Below are positions 36,846-47,560 of a stretch of DNA of 58,200 nucleotides, one piece after another (the first letter of the stretch is position 1; each line of letters opens with the position of its first letter). The DNA lies in NCBI GenBank assembly GCA_045631845.1, contig JAZQVM010000067.1:1-58200 (forward strand), written 5' to 3'. This DNA comes from Eubacteriales bacterium. Its GTDB lineage: Bacteria > Bacillota > Clostridia > Oscillospirales > UMGS1783. Both the position numbers and the translations under genes were made by a program. The notes under the pieces were generated by a model that did not search any database, was not told the DNA's origin, and was given only the letters and a program-made list of their open reading frames with translations.

Positions 36846-36847
36846 GG

Positions 36848-37678
36848 TTATTCTCCCTTCTTGCCGAGGTAGGCTTCAATAACCGCCGGGTCGTTCTTGA
36901 TCTGTTCCGGTGTACCTTTGGCAATGATTCTGCCGAAGTTAAGCACGGCAATGGTGTCGCAAATGCCCATGACCAGGTTCATATCATGCTCAATGAGCAG
37001 GATGGCAATCTTAAAGGTATCACGAATCTGACGGATGTTGTCCATCAATTCGGCCGTTTCCGAAGGGTTCATACCGGCGGCCGGCTCATCCAGCAACAGT
37101 AAGCAGGGATTGGTGGCCAAGGCACGTACAATCTCCAAACGGCGCTGAGCACCGTAAGGTAGAGAGCCGGCTTGATGATCGGCTAGGTCTTCCATGTGGA
37201 AAATGGAGAGCAGTTCCAAGGCGCGCTGCTTGGCGATTCTCTCGCTTCTCCAGAAGGAAGGCAGACGCAGAATGGAAGCCCCTAAGGAGGTCTTCTGTTC
37301 CCGATACAGGCCAACCAATACGTTATCCAGTACCGACAGTTTATCAAACAGACGGATGTTCTGGAAGGTACGGGCAATGCCCGACTGGTTTACTTGAATG
37401 GTGGAATAATGATTGATATTTGCATGATTAAGCAGGATGGTGCCACGGGTCGGCTCATACACCTTAGTCAGCAGGTTAAAGATGGTGGTCTTACCGGCAC
37501 CGTTGGGACCAATCAAACCGGCAATCTCGGTCGGGCCGATGGCGATGTTGAAATCGTCCACGGCACGCAGGCCGCCGAAATCAATACCCAGATGGTGAGT
37601 TTCAAGGACGGGCTGGCGATCGGCGTCATCGGGAGTGAGAAGCGGAGCATTCTTGTCTACACGAATCAGTTTACTCAT
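36848..37678 (-). CDS. livG: Branched-chain amino acid ABC transporter ATP-binding protein
   Basis: GPNGAGKTT, LPYGAQRRLEI and LLLLDEPAAG, with a LivG-type C-terminus. Confidence 0.85.
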   Translation of the reverse strand: MSKLIRVDKNAPLLTPDDADRQPVLETHHLGIDFGGLRAVDDFNIAIGPTEIAGLIGPNGAGKTTIFNLLTKVYEPTRGTILLNHANINHYSTIQVNQSGIARTFQNIRLFDKLSVLDNVLVGLYREQKTSLGASILRLPSFWRSERIAKQRALELLSIFHMEDLADHQAGSLPYGAQRRLEIVRALATNPCLLLLDEPAAGMNPSETAELMDNIRQIRDTFKIAILLIEHDMNLVMGICDTIAVLNFGRIIAKGTPEQIKNDPAVIEAYLGKKGE

Positions 37679-38753
37679 TGTCAGCGCCCTCCTTCTTGGT
37701 TTTCTTTAATAATACCGCCGTCTTGTCCTTTAGCCAGGCCACAATACGCTTGCCGCCCTTGGACTGCGTCAGCAGCATCATGCCAATGAGCAGGATGGCG
37801 TAGATGAGCATCCTCGCCTCGCCCAGCCCACGCAACATCGGCGTTTCGGGAAGCAGGGTGAGAATGATGGCGGCGATGATCGAGCCGCGAACGTTGCCCA
37901 TGCCGCCCAATACCACAAAGACCAGCAGGTCGATCGAGGTATTAAAGTCAAACTTGGTGGCCTGAACGCTGGCGATGTTCATCGAATAGAGGGTGCCGGC
38001 CATACCGGTCAGAATGGCCGATACGGTAAAGGCGATGAGCTTGAACTTAAAGGCCGACAGGCCGATGCTCTCGGCGGCGATTCGGTTGTCACGAATGGCC
38101 ATGATGGCGCGGCCGTGCTTGGAGCGCATCAGGTTGAGCGCAACGGTCAAAGCAAAGAGGATCAGCGCAAAGCCAATGACATAGGTGGAAACCTTGGGGT
38201 GACCGGTTGCGCCCATGGCACCGTTAATGATCTTGGTCGCATCTTCGGGCAGTTTGTTCTGAATAAAGGAGAAGTGCCAGCCGGCATCGTTGCGGCCCAA
38301 ATAGATGCAGTTGATGATCTGCTTGATAATCTCGCCAAAGGCCAGCGTAACGATAGCCAGATAGTCACCACGCAAACGTAAAACGGGGATGCCGATCAGC
38401 AGGCCCATAATGCCGGCAATCATGCCGCCAAAGAGCATGCTCAGCACCAGCTGAACAACGGGCTGACCGATAAAGGACAGCGCCTGATAAAAGACTACGC
38501 CGGAGAAGGCGCCGATGCTCATAAATCCGGCATGACCCAAGGATAACTCGCCCGAAACGCCCACAACCAGATTGAGCGCAATGGCGGCTACAACGTAGAC
38601 ACAGATGGGTACCAGCTGTGCCTGATAGGCACGGGGCATATTGCCAATGCCAATGGATTTGCCGAAGTTAATCCACAAAAAGACCAGCAGAAACAGGACA
38701 CAAACGATCCCGTAGGTAATCAAATTGTTTTTAGTGTTTTTCTTGAGTTTCAT
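37671..38753 (-). CDS. livM: Branched-chain amino acid ABC transporter permease
   Basis: Multi-TM LivM-type permease that overlaps livG. Confidence 0.8.
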   Translation of the reverse strand: MKLKKNTKNNLITYGIVCVLFLLVFLWINFGKSIGIGNMPRAYQAQLVPICVYVVAAIALNLVVGVSGELSLGHAGFMSIGAFSGVVFYQALSFIGQPVVQLVLSMLFGGMIAGIMGLLIGIPVLRLRGDYLAIVTLAFGEIIKQIINCIYLGRNDAGWHFSFIQNKLPEDATKIINGAMGATGHPKVSTYVIGFALILFALTVALNLMRSKHGRAIMAIRDNRIAAESIGLSAFKFKLIAFTVSAILTGMAGTLYSMNIASVQATKFDFNTSIDLLVFVVLGGMGNVRGSIIAAIILTLLPETPMLRGLGEARMLIYAILLIGMMLLTQSKGGKRIVAWLKDKTAVLLKKTKKEGADNE

Positions 38754-38762
38754 ACGATCACC

Positions 38763-39644
38763 TTACACTTTCTCGCGCTGTTGCTTGCCCAGCAGACCGG
38801 CCGGTTTAACCAGCAGAATGATGATCAGCACGGCAAATACGATAGCATCGGCCAGCTCGCCCGAAATGTAGGCCTTGGACAGCGCTTCAATGATGCCCAG
38901 CAAGATACCGCCCAAGAAGGCTCCGGGAATCGAGCCGATACCGCCGAAGACGGCCGCCGTAAAGGCACGGATACCGGGCATGGAGCCGGTGGTGGGGGTC
39001 AGCGTCGGCAGGGTCGAACACATGAGCACGCCGGCCACAGCCGCCAAAGCCGAACCAATGGCAAAGGTGGCGGTGATGGTGCGGTTCACGTTAATACCCA
39101 TCAACTGTGCGGCACCCTTGTCCTCGCTGACGGCACGCATCGCCTTGCCCAGCTTGGTTTTCTGGGTCAGGACAGTCAGCCCAACCATAATCAGAATACA
39201 GGCAACAACCGTGACAACCGTTTCGCTGGGAATGGTCAGCTCACCCAGACGAATCGACAGCCAAGGAATATTGACCAGCGACGAGGGAGTCTTGGGGTTG
39301 GCCGAGAACAGAAGCATGGCACCGTTTTGCAGCAGGAAGGAAACACCGATGGCGGTGATCAGTACCGCCAAGGACTCAGCCTGACGCAAAGGACGGTAGG
39401 CCAGCCGCTCAATGAGCACGCCCAAGAGCGTGCAGGCTAACATGGCCAGTAAAATGGCAATACCGCTGGGCAGACCGTACTGGACAGAGGCAAAGTAGGA
39501 CACATAGCCACCGACCATGATAACGTCGCCGTGGGCAAAGTTAAGCATTTTGGCAATGCCGTAGACCATGGTATATCCCAGAGCAATAATCGCATAAACG
39601 CTGCCCAAGGTAATGCCGTTGATCAAATAGGACAAAAACTCCAT
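38763..39644 (-). CDS. livH: Branched-chain amino acid ABC transporter permease
   Basis: MEFLSYLINGITLGSVYAIIALGYTMVYG is the LivH hallmark. AAGGAGG RBS precedes ATG 39644. Confidence 0.85.
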   Translation of the reverse strand: MEFLSYLINGITLGSVYAIIALGYTMVYGIAKMLNFAHGDVIMVGGYVSYFASVQYGLPSGIAILLAMLACTLLGVLIERLAYRPLRQAESLAVLITAIGVSFLLQNGAMLLFSANPKTPSSLVNIPWLSIRLGELTIPSETVVTVVACILIMVGLTVLTQKTKLGKAMRAVSEDKGAAQLMGINVNRTITATFAIGSALAAVAGVLMCSTLPTLTPTTGSMPGIRAFTAAVFGGIGSIPGAFLGGILLGIIEALSKAYISGELADAIVFAVLIIILLVKPAGLLGKQQREKV

Positions 39645-39773
39645 AGAGAAAACCTCCTTGATTTTCAATACCAAAGAACAGGGGAATCCCCCTCTTCTTC
39701 AGTATCAAAAAGACACCATGGAGGAATGTCGGATTTCGACATTCCTCCCGGTAGTATCTTGTTAAATTTTTAC

Positions 39774-40919
39774 TTACTGTACAGAAGTGTAGACGCCGTC
39801 ACGAATGACAACCGCCATCGGGCTCTTGTTAACTTCGCCGGTGGCGGCCCAGGTCATGCCCTGACCGGTCAAGCCGTCGAAGGTCATGGTGGTGAACTGC
39901 TCAACCATCTTAGCGCACAGATCCGTATTGGAGATGTTGGCGGGATCTACGTTGGCAGCTACGCAAGCCTCATACAGAGCCCATACGCAGTCGTAAGCAT
40001 CGGCAGCGAACTGGTTGGGAATATCGCCATACTTCTCTTTGTAAGAGTTAACGAAGGCAACCGTCTTGTCATCGGTAGCATCAGCAGAGAAGGGAGTCAG
40101 CAAGAAGGCGCCTTCAGCCAACTCGGTATTAAAGTTTTCCACGCCGAGCAGGCCGTCCATACCGTCAACGCCGAAGTACTTTACAGAGTAATTCATATTG
40201 GCAGCCTGAGTCATGATGATCGAAACGGGAGTGTAGTAGATGGGCAGGAACAGCATGTCAGCGCCGGCGGCCTTAGCGGCAGTCAGCTGAGTCGAGAAGT
40301 CGGTAGCCGTATCCTTGGTGAAGGTACCGGTGTAGACAATATTCAGACCCTTGGATTCAGCCTGAGCCTTGAACTTGTCGTAGATGCCGGTGGAGTAGTT
40401 GTCGTCGTTCTGATAGATAACGGCAACCTTCTCAGAGAGCTTTCTGTCGGCAATATAGGTAGCCGAGGCCGAACCCTGGTTGGGGTCAGAGAAGCACATC
40501 TGATAAACGTTGGTGCGATCCTTGATAACATCAGGCGAAGAGGCCGACGGGGTCAGCACAAACAGACCGTCAGCGGCAGCATCTGCAGCAACAGCGGCGC
40601 AGGGGGCTGAGGTAACGGTGCCGAGCAGGACCTGCATGCCCTTGTCCATCAGCGTGTTGTAAGCGCCGACCGACTGTTCGGGATCATGAGCATCGTCCTC
40701 GAACATGACTTCGAACTGGATGCCGCCCTTGGCGTTCACTTCAGCAACGGCCATTTCCATGGCGTTCTTAACAGCCTGACCGTAGATAGCAGCGGCGCCG
40801 GTAATCGGGCCGATACCACCGATCTTGAGAGTGCCCTTGTCGCCGTCGGCAGAGCCGCCGCAACCGACAACCGTCAGCAGCATCAAAGCAGCAAGGATGA
40901 GTGCGAGTAACTTTTTCAT
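39774..40919 (-). CDS. livJ: Branched-chain amino acid ABC transporter substrate-binding lipoprotein
   Basis: Lipobox LLTVVGCGG and LKIGGIGPITGAAAIYG pattern. GGAGGA RBS precedes ATG 40919. Confidence 0.85.
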   Translation of the reverse strand: MKKLLALILAALMLLTVVGCGGSADGDKGTLKIGGIGPITGAAAIYGQAVKNAMEMAVAEVNAKGGIQFEVMFEDDAHDPEQSVGAYNTLMDKGMQVLLGTVTSAPCAAVAADAAADGLFVLTPSASSPDVIKDRTNVYQMCFSDPNQGSASATYIADRKLSEKVAVIYQNDDNYSTGIYDKFKAQAESKGLNIVYTGTFTKDTATDFSTQLTAAKAAGADMLFLPIYYTPVSIIMTQAANMNYSVKYFGVDGMDGLLGVENFNTELAEGAFLLTPFSADATDDKTVAFVNSYKEKYGDIPNQFAADAYDCVWALYEACVAANVDPANISNTDLCAKMVEQFTTMTFDGLTGQGMTWAATGEVNKSPMAVVIRDGVYTSVQ

Positions 40920-40953
40920 CTTGGTTTTCCTCCAAATATAAAATTTAAGAATG

Positions 40954-40982
40954 ATTATACAGTAGGATTGCTCAAATGTCAA
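40954..40982 (-). promoter_or_regulatory. Consensus promoter of the liv operon
   Basis: Minus strand: TTGACA, 17-nt spacer, TATAAT. Confidence 0.7.
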
Positions 40983-41143
40983 TAAATAATGAAGAAAAAC
41001 CCGTAAATTTTTAATTTTACGCATAAATATTCGAATTTTTCTGTATATTTTGAATTTTATTCGGGATTAGAAAGATTTGGGACTTGTCAAACGGTGTCGA
41101 ATAGAGTATTCTATAGATAGTAAACCGTAAAGGAGATAGTGTT

Positions 41144-42217
41144 ATGTGGAAAAAAATTATTGCAGGATTGCTGTGTGTGATGCTCGTGGTTTCCTTAGCT
41201 GCTTGCGGCGGCAAGAACGAGGATCCCTCGTCGTCCGATATAAGCAGTGAGCCGGAGGGCATCCATTATCCCGTCAACCGCTTAACCGGCGAGGAAGGTC
41301 TGAGCGATGCGGCGGTAGGTAAGCGTCCGGTTGCTGTTATGATTAATAATATCAAAGCAGCTCTGCCCCAGTACGGCGTGGCGCAGGCAGATATTTTGTT
41401 TGAAACGCTAGTTGAGGGTGGCATTACCCGTATGATGGCCATTTACGGCGATTATACCAAAATGCCCGATATCTGCTCGGTTCGCAGTGCCCGCTTCTAT
41501 TATCCGATTACCGCTCTCTCTTTTGATGCGGTATATGTTCACTGGGGCGAAGAAACCAACTATGCTACCAGCACGATTGCCCGCTTGGGTGTGGATCGTC
41601 TTTCGGGTACGGCCAATCCGGGTAATATCTTTGGCCGAGATAGCGCTCGCCAAAGTGCAGGATATGCCCTTGAGCATACCGGATACCTAAAGGGTGAAAT
41701 GGTGCCGCAGGTATTGGCGAATCTGGGCTATCGTACCGATGTAAAAGAGGATCATAAGGATACCGTATTCAATTTTGCCTCCGATGGAGAGGTAATTGTG
41801 CCGGACAAGGGCATGAGTGATGAAGTGGTTTTGAAATTCTCTAATTCCTATTTCAGCACCTTCACCTATGATGAGGCGACCAAGACCTATCTCAAACAAC
41901 ATTCGGGCTCTCCTCATAAGGACGGCAAAACCAACACCCAACTGGCATTCACCAACGTATTGGTACTGGAAACCAATATTGACACTATTGATGGGAAGTT
42001 GATGGATGTAGCGGTTGTCGGTTCGGGTAACGGCTGGTGGTTCTCCAACGGCGGTTATCAGCAGATCAAATGGAGCAAGGCCGATGAGTATGCGCCGTTT
42101 AAATTAACCGATATGTCCGGCAATGAGTTGACGGTAAATACCGGTAAGAGCTATCTTGGCATGATCCGCCCTGATTGCACCGTCATTACCGAGAAGACCG
42201 CCGATGCGGCAAACTAA
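41144..42217 (+). CDS. DUF3048-like lipoprotein (YerB-like)
   Basis: Lipobox SLAACGG, then NRLTGEEGLS....KRPVAVMINN...A.PQ.G...ADILFE.LVEGGITR. Confidence 0.75.
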   Translation: MWKKIIAGLLCVMLVVSLAACGGKNEDPSSSDISSEPEGIHYPVNRLTGEEGLSDAAVGKRPVAVMINNIKAALPQYGVAQADILFETLVEGGITRMMAIYGDYTKMPDICSVRSARFYYPITALSFDAVYVHWGEETNYATSTIARLGVDRLSGTANPGNIFGRDSARQSAGYALEHTGYLKGEMVPQVLANLGYRTDVKEDHKDTVFNFASDGEVIVPDKGMSDEVVLKFSNSYFSTFTYDEATKTYLKQHSGSPHKDGKTNTQLAFTNVLVLETNIDTIDGKLMDVAVVGSGNGWWFSNGGYQQIKWSKADEYAPFKLTDMSGNELTVNTGKSYLGMIRPDCTVITEKTADAAN

Positions 42218-42240
42218 GCGTTCGTAATAAAATAACACAT

Positions 42241-42272
42241 AAGTCCTCGGAGTGATCCGAGGACTTATTTAT
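42241..42272 (+). terminator. Intrinsic terminator
   Basis: AAGTCCTCGG-agtgat-CCGAGGACTT followed by ATTT. Confidence 0.65.
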
Positions 42273-42300
42273 ATATGTAGAAAAAAATTTACTTTTCCTA

Positions 42301-42329
42301 TTGACAAGCCATTCAATGACGATTAAACT
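42301..42329 (+). promoter_or_regulatory. Promoter upstream of rny
   Basis: TTGACA, 17-nt spacer, TAAACT. Confidence 0.55.
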
Positions 42330-42470
42330 AATAGAGTAGATGTGTTATGTCATCTTTACCGGTTTTCAAAGCATGGCTTTTGATATATTTTTATTTTTTT
42401 ATTTTCCCCATAGGGGTAGTAGATATATTTATAAAAATAGAGAAAGTGTTTGTGTTTGAACATCGGTGGG

Positions 42471-42499
42471 CCGACGGAAGCATCCGTACGGTCTTTTTT
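42471..42499 (+). promoter_or_regulatory. Terminator-like hairpin in the rny 5' leader
   Basis: CCGACGGA-agca-TCCGT(a)CGG followed by TCTTTTTTA. It lies 29 nt before ATG 42528. Confidence 0.45.
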
Positions 42500-42527
42500 A
42501 TTATATTTTTGAAAGAAGGTAAGAACT

Positions 42528-44069
42528 ATGGAGTGGTTGTATGCCGCAGCCGGCCTGGTTCTTGGCATCATCGCAGGGGCTCTGATCGGTATCCTTTACC
42601 GCAAAAAGATCGGAGAGGCTAAGATCGGTTCGGCCGAAGCCGAAGCGAAGCGCCTGATCAACGATGCCATGAAATCCGCCGACGCCAAAAGAAAAGAAAT
42701 TTTGTTGGAAGCTAAAGATGAGATCCTGAGAAATCGTACCGACGCCGAGAAAGAAATCAAAGAGCGCCGTGCCGATATCCAACGTCAGGAGAATCGCCTG
42801 CAGCAAAAAGAGGAACAGTTTGACCGTCGCAACGCCGCCTTTGAGCAGAAAGAAGAACAGCTGGAAGCCAAGGTCAAAAAGGTAGAAGCGCTGGAAGCCG
42901 AAGCGGCCGAACTCAAAAAAGGCCAAATTGCCATGCTGGAAAAGATCTCCGGCTTTACGGCAGATCAGGCTAAGGCCAAACTGCTGGAAGAACTGAGCAG
43001 TGAGATTACCCATGAATCGGCGCTGATCATCAAGGAAAATGAAGAGCGTGTCCGTGAAAATTCCGAGAAAACGGCACGGGAAATCATTTCGCAGGCCATT
43101 CAGCGTTGCGCCGCCGATCAGGTCAGCGAAGCTACCGTATCGGTCGTGTCCCTGCCCAATGATGAAATGAAGGGTCGTATCATCGGCCGTGAAGGTCGTA
43201 ATATCCGCTCGATCGAAACGCTCACCGGCGTCGATCTGATTATTGACGATACCCCCGAAGCCATTACCATCTCCAGTTTCGATCCCGTGCGGCGTGAAAT
43301 CGCCCGCCTGTCGCTGGAGCGTCTGATCTCCGATGGCCGTATCCATCCGGCCCGTATCGAGGAGATCGTAGAGAAGACCCGCAAGGAAGTGGAGCAGATC
43401 ATCAAGAAGGAAGGCGAGCGTGCCGCCTTCGAAACCGGTATCCACAACCTGCATCCCGAACTGGTTAAGATCTTGGGTCGTTTGAAATACCGTACCAGTT
43501 ACGGTCAGAACGTGCTCAATCACTCGCTGGAAGTGGCGCAGATCGCCGGTGCTATGGCCGCCGAACTGGGCGCCGATGTGGCGCTGGCCAAGCGTGCCGG
43601 TCTGTTGCATGACCTGGGTAAGGCGCTCGACCATGAGATCGACGGCAGCCATGTCGAGATCGGCGTCGAGTATGCCCGCAAGTACCGCGAAAATAATGAT
43701 GTCATTCATGCTATCCACGCTCACCACGGCGATGTCGAGTGCAAAACCATCGTGGCTTGTTTGGTGCAAGCCGCCGATGCCGTATCGGCCGCCCGTCCCG
43801 GTGCCCGCCGTGAGAATCTGGAAGCCTACATTAAGCGTTTGCAGAAACTTGAGGAGATCGCCAATTCCTTCAACGGTGTGGAACGCTCCTTTGCCATTCA
43901 GGCCGGTCGTGAGATCCGTGTTATGGTCAAACCCGAAGCGGTTAGCGACGATCAGATTACCGTTGTAGCTCGTGACATTGTCAAGAAGATCGAGCAGGAG
44001 ATGGAATATCCCGGTCAGATCAAGGTCAATGTCGTGCGCGAAAGCCGTGCCATCGACTACGCAAAATAA
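42528..44069 (+). CDS. rny: Ribonuclease Y
   Basis: N-terminal TM, a Lys/Glu coiled coil, a KH domain ([12 protein letters not shown]) and an HD domain (HSLEVA...LLHDLGK). Confidence 0.95.
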   Translation: MEWLYAAAGLVLGIIAGALIGILYRKKIGEAKIGSAEAEAKRLINDAMKSADAKRKEILLEAKDEILRNRTDAEKEIKERRADIQRQENRLQQKEEQFDRRNAAFEQKEEQLEAKVKKVEALEAEAAELKKGQIAMLEKISGFTADQAKAKLLEELSSEITHESALIIKENEERVRENSEKTAREIISQAIQRCAADQVSEATVSVVSLPNDEMKGRIIGREGRNIRSIETLTGVDLIIDDTPEAITISSFDPVRREIARLSLERLISDGRIHPARIEEIVEKTRKEVEQIIKKEGERAAFETGIHNLHPELVKILGRLKYRTSYGQNVLNHSLEVAQIAGAMAAELGADVALAKRAGLLHDLGKALDHEIDGSHVEIGVEYARKYRENNDVIHAIHAHHGDVECKTIVACLVQAADAVSAARPGARRENLEAYIKRLQKLEEIANSFNGVERSFAIQAGREIRVMVKPEAVSDDQITVVARDIVKKIEQEMEYPGQIKVNVVRESRAIDYAK

Positions 44070-44079
44070 TCAAGGCAGC

Positions 44080-44115
44080 AAAAAAGGTAGACACATGTTG
44101 TGTCTACCTTTTTTT
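44080..44115. terminator. Bidirectional intrinsic terminator
   Basis: AAAAAAGGTAGACAC-atgtt-GTGTCTACCTTTTTTT. Confidence 0.8.
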
Positions 44116-45112
44116 ATTCACAGTAACGCAGATAGGTGTGCAGTTGCGGATCGGTCGGTATCAGTACTACCGTATTGGCCGTGATATTCCATTCCTCCAA
44201 GCCCTGCTCGGCATCCAAAACGGTATGTGCGGTCTGCACCGCTTTGTGCATCAGATCAATCGGATCGTTCATGGCCAAGAAGTCGATCTCGCCGTCCTCC
44301 AAAGCCTCGAATGCTTCAGGATGGGTTGAGCAAATGCCGAGTAATGCCGAGGTATTGGTGTCGTCCATAGCCTCGCTCCAATTTTCAGCATTATTGCCGG
44401 CAAACAGAATGGCTTTGGCCGTTTTTACCTCTTGCATCTGGGTGACAGCATGGGTGGCCGCTATCGGATCGTTGGGGGTGTAGGTGGTTTGTGCCAGTTG
44501 AATGTCGGCTTTAACAAAGCCTAAAAACTCCATTTGTGCATCGGTATCTCCAAATAGGGCGATAGTTCCTGCCCTCACCTTTTTTGTCGAAAGGGTCATT
44601 GTTATGTGAGAGGCAACAGCCTTGGACAGTCCGCCATCGGCATAGGCAACATTGGCCTTGATGCGCCGTGCCCATGTTCCCGCATCATCTGTCGTCTGCC
44701 CATCCAATCGCTTGCCGGCGGCAATGACCGCCACGCCCGCATCGCTCCACTTTTTGATCAGCCCTTCCTCAGAACCGTCGCATTGGTATACAATCACAAC
44801 CTGCGCCTGATATTGCAGTTGTTCAATGTCCCATACCTGCTCATCGGTCATCGGATTGTCTGCCGTCGGCTCGGAAATAACGGCCGCATAGCCCAACGCC
44901 TTCGCCTTCTCGGCAAAGGCCATCCGCAACAGCGTGTGATCCTCTCCGTCCCGAGGTAAACACAGGAGCATCGTCGGTTGGATGTTCTCTATGGAGCGAT
45001 CTTCCGAGGATTGCGGAGCATCTGTCGGCGCAGAAGAACGGCTCGATGCACAGCCATAGATCAGCCCAATCACCAGCACCAAGGTAACCATATAAGCAAC
45101 AATCTTCTTCAT
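44114..45112 (-). CDS. Lipoprotein, possibly a periplasmic-binding-protein-like fold
   Basis: Lipobox LIYGCASS. The alternating beta/alpha pattern suggests a binding-protein fold, but I see no firm motif. Confidence 0.4.
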   Translation of the reverse strand: MKKIVAYMVTLVLVIGLIYGCASSRSSAPTDAPQSSEDRSIENIQPTMLLCLPRDGEDHTLLRMAFAEKAKALGYAAVISEPTADNPMTDEQVWDIEQLQYQAQVVIVYQCDGSEEGLIKKWSDAGVAVIAAGKRLDGQTTDDAGTWARRIKANVAYADGGLSKAVASHITMTLSTKKVRAGTIALFGDTDAQMEFLGFVKADIQLAQTTYTPNDPIAATHAVTQMQEVKTAKAILFAGNNAENWSEAMDDTNTSALLGICSTHPEAFEALEDGEIDFLAMNDPIDLMHKAVQTAHTVLDAEQGLEEWNITANTVVLIPTDPQLHTYLRYCE

Positions 45113-45197
45113 AACAAAAGCTCCTTTCCTATTTTGTAATTAATTGTAACCATTTTGTAACTAATTACAGTATACAGGAAAGGAGTTCATTTGTCAA

Positions 45198-46478
45198 TTA
45201 TAATTCTTGGTCATTGTCCTCCGGTTCGGGGGTGATGGTGACCGAGAGTTCCTCAATGCGTCTACCGTCCAGTTTTTCAACGGTAAGGGTAAGGTTTTTA
45301 TAGGAGAAGGAGGCGCCGATCTCGGGGTTGCCGTCGAGCATGTCCATGGCCCATCCGCCCACGGTGGCGTTGTCCTCGTCATAGTCCCGATCATCGACCT
45401 CGACCTCGTCGAAAAAGTCATAAATGCGCATATCGCCGTCTACAATGGCCTTTTCATCGGAAAGTAGGGTGAATTCTTCCTCAATCTCATCACTCTCATC
45501 CCATATCTCGCCAACCAACTGCTCTAATATGTCTTCCATCGTCAGAATACCGTCGGTACCGCCGTACTCGTCGTTGACAACTACCATGTGGCACTTGTTG
45601 CGCCGCATCACATCCAGCGCATCGGGCAGTTCCATCGTCTTATGCACGTAGTTGACGGGCATAAGCAAACTACGGATATCGATTCGCTCTTGGTCGATCC
45701 GCGCCTTGTAAAAATGGTTTAGATGCAGGATACCGATGATATTATCGGGTGTCTGTTCGTAAACGGGGATGCGGGAGTGGATGGAGTTTTCAATCACGGC
45801 CAGCATATCGGTATACTCGTCGTCAATATCAATGGCGTTCATGTCCACACGGGGGGTCATAACCTCAAAGGCCTGCACCTCGCCCCAATCGAGAGCGCTT
45901 TGCAGCAGGTCGCCCGTGTCCTCGTCAATGATGCTCTCGTCCTCGGCCGTGTCGATCAGGCTTTCCAATTCTTCTTCGGTCACGGTTGGGGTATCGGGGA
46001 TTCGATTTTTATAAAGTTGGGATAGCAGGGCATTGAACCGATTGATTACCCATACAAAAGGATAGAAGATCAGGGTAATCAGCCGCAAGGGGAAGGCCGT
46101 AAAGGAACATACCGTTTCGGGGATACGGCGTGCCAACATTTTAGGCGTGATTTCACCGAAGATCAATACCAGGATGGTCATAATCACCGAAGATACCCAC
46201 GTGTATCCTTCACCCCACAGCGTAACAACCAGCATGGTGGCAATCGAGGTGCCGGCAATGTTGGCTAAATTGTTGCCCAACAAAATAGCGGCCAAGGTAT
46301 CTTCAAAATGTTCAGCCACATAGAGGGCGGTACGATGCTTTTTCTTGCCCGATTCCTCGGCACGGGTATGCAGTCGCAGAGGGGTGATCTGGGTGTAGGC
46401 AATTTCAGAAAGGGAGAAGAAGGAAGAGCATAAAATAAGCAGGGGCAAAGCCAACCAGGAAATCAGATGGGGCATCAA
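45198..46478 (-). CDS. CNNM/DUF21-CBS-CorC_HlyC hemolysin-family protein
   Basis: N-terminal DUF21 TM domain, a CBS pair, and a C-terminal transporter-associated domain. Confidence 0.8.
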   Translation of the reverse strand: MMPHLISWLALPLLILCSSFFSLSEIAYTQITPLRLHTRAEESGKKKHRTALYVAEHFEDTLAAILLGNNLANIAGTSIATMLVVTLWGEGYTWVSSVIMTILVLIFGEITPKMLARRIPETVCSFTAFPLRLITLIFYPFVWVINRFNALLSQLYKNRIPDTPTVTEEELESLIDTAEDESIIDEDTGDLLQSALDWGEVQAFEVMTPRVDMNAIDIDDEYTDMLAVIENSIHSRIPVYEQTPDNIIGILHLNHFYKARIDQERIDIRSLLMPVNYVHKTMELPDALDVMRRNKCHMVVVNDEYGGTDGILTMEDILEQLVGEIWDESDEIEEEFTLLSDEKAIVDGDMRIYDFFDEVEVDDRDYDEDNATVGGWAMDMLDGNPEIGASFSYKNLTLTVEKLDGRRIEELSVTITPEPEDNDQEL

Positions 46479-47485
46479 AGAGCACCCCCTTCCAAAATCT
46501 TGTCGTCCTCGTCATAGATCTCGCCGACCAGTTCTTCCAAAATGTCTTCAATCGTGATAATGCCTAAGATCTTGTCTTGTTCATCACGGACAAAGGCCAT
46601 GTGAGTACGAGAAGCGGATAGCCGTCCCAGCAAATCATCCACCGCTTCATCGGCCCGCACCGAGCGTCCGGAGGTGAGTACCCGCCGTAGCTTGTTGGGG
46701 CGGCCCGATTCCAAATGCACTTTAATATAGGCCCGTGCACTGACAAATCCGATGGGACGGCTGTTCTTGTCAATAACAGGAAAACGGGAAAAGGTGGTGG
46801 ACTTAATGGTTTCTAAGATTTGTTGCTCGGACATCTCGGTTGAGAGGGTCAGGCATTTCTCCCACGGGGTCATAATCTGCGCCGCTGTTGTGCGGGACAG
46901 ATCCATGGCGCTCTGTAACAACTCGCCCGTGTCTTCATCCATGGCATCTTCTTCCACGATCGTATCAATAATGCTCTCCAATTCTTCCTCGGTCACCGTC
47001 GGGGTGTTTTCCTCTTTGATGGGTTTGATTAAGAATCGTGACAGAGCATTGAGCACGAAGATGAGGGGGGTGAGCAGTTTAGTTAAAAAGATCATCGGGC
47101 CGGCCATGGCGTAGGCCATCGATTCGCTCACCATCAAAGCGGTGGCTTTCGGGATGGATTCGCCAAACAAAAAAACAACAACCGTCGTAACCACCGTCAT
47201 CCATTCCACGGCACCGTCCCCAAATATCTTGGCGGCAAACAGGGTGGCGAGGGTGGCTAAGGCGATGTTTACAATGTTGTTGAGGATGAGCAACGCCGTT
47301 AACACCTGATCAAAGTTAACAAGTACTCTGTTTAGGCGGCGAGCCTTTTTATCCCCATCTTCAGCCAGTGCAGCAATACGCACCTGACTCACCGAAGCAA
47401 AAGCCGTTTCGGTGGCGCTGAACATGGCACTTAATACTAAACAGACAACGATCAGAAGCAGGTAGGTTATACTGCCATCGTCCAT
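46475..47485 (-). CDS. CNNM/DUF21-CBS domain protein (no CorC_HlyC domain)
   Basis: Paralogous architecture to the downstream gene. ATG 47485 (after AAGGAG) is preferred over the TTG at 47521. Confidence 0.75.
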   Translation of the reverse strand: MDDGSITYLLLIVVCLVLSAMFSATETAFASVSQVRIAALAEDGDKKARRLNRVLVNFDQVLTALLILNNIVNIALATLATLFAAKIFGDGAVEWMTVVTTVVVFLFGESIPKATALMVSESMAYAMAGPMIFLTKLLTPLIFVLNALSRFLIKPIKEENTPTVTEEELESIIDTIVEEDAMDEDTGELLQSAMDLSRTTAAQIMTPWEKCLTLSTEMSEQQILETIKSTTFSRFPVIDKNSRPIGFVSARAYIKVHLESGRPNKLRRVLTSGRSVRADEAVDDLLGRLSASRTHMAFVRDEQDKILGIITIEDILEELVGEIYDEDDKILEGGAL

Positions 47486-47560
47486 GAAGAAAAACCAACT
47501 CCTTTTTATAAAAACCTTCAATTATTCTATATTATAACGAAATTTTACCTTAAAAGCAAG

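Noticed and set aside
38781-40610. 219-aa, 169-aa and 359-aa plus-strand ORFs across livH and livJ.
   Set aside because: They are antisense shadows of clear liv genes, with Gly/Arg/Gln-rich low-complexity translations.
42501-43769. 422-aa ORF antisense to rny.
   Set aside because: Shadow ORF. RNase Y on the plus strand is unambiguous.
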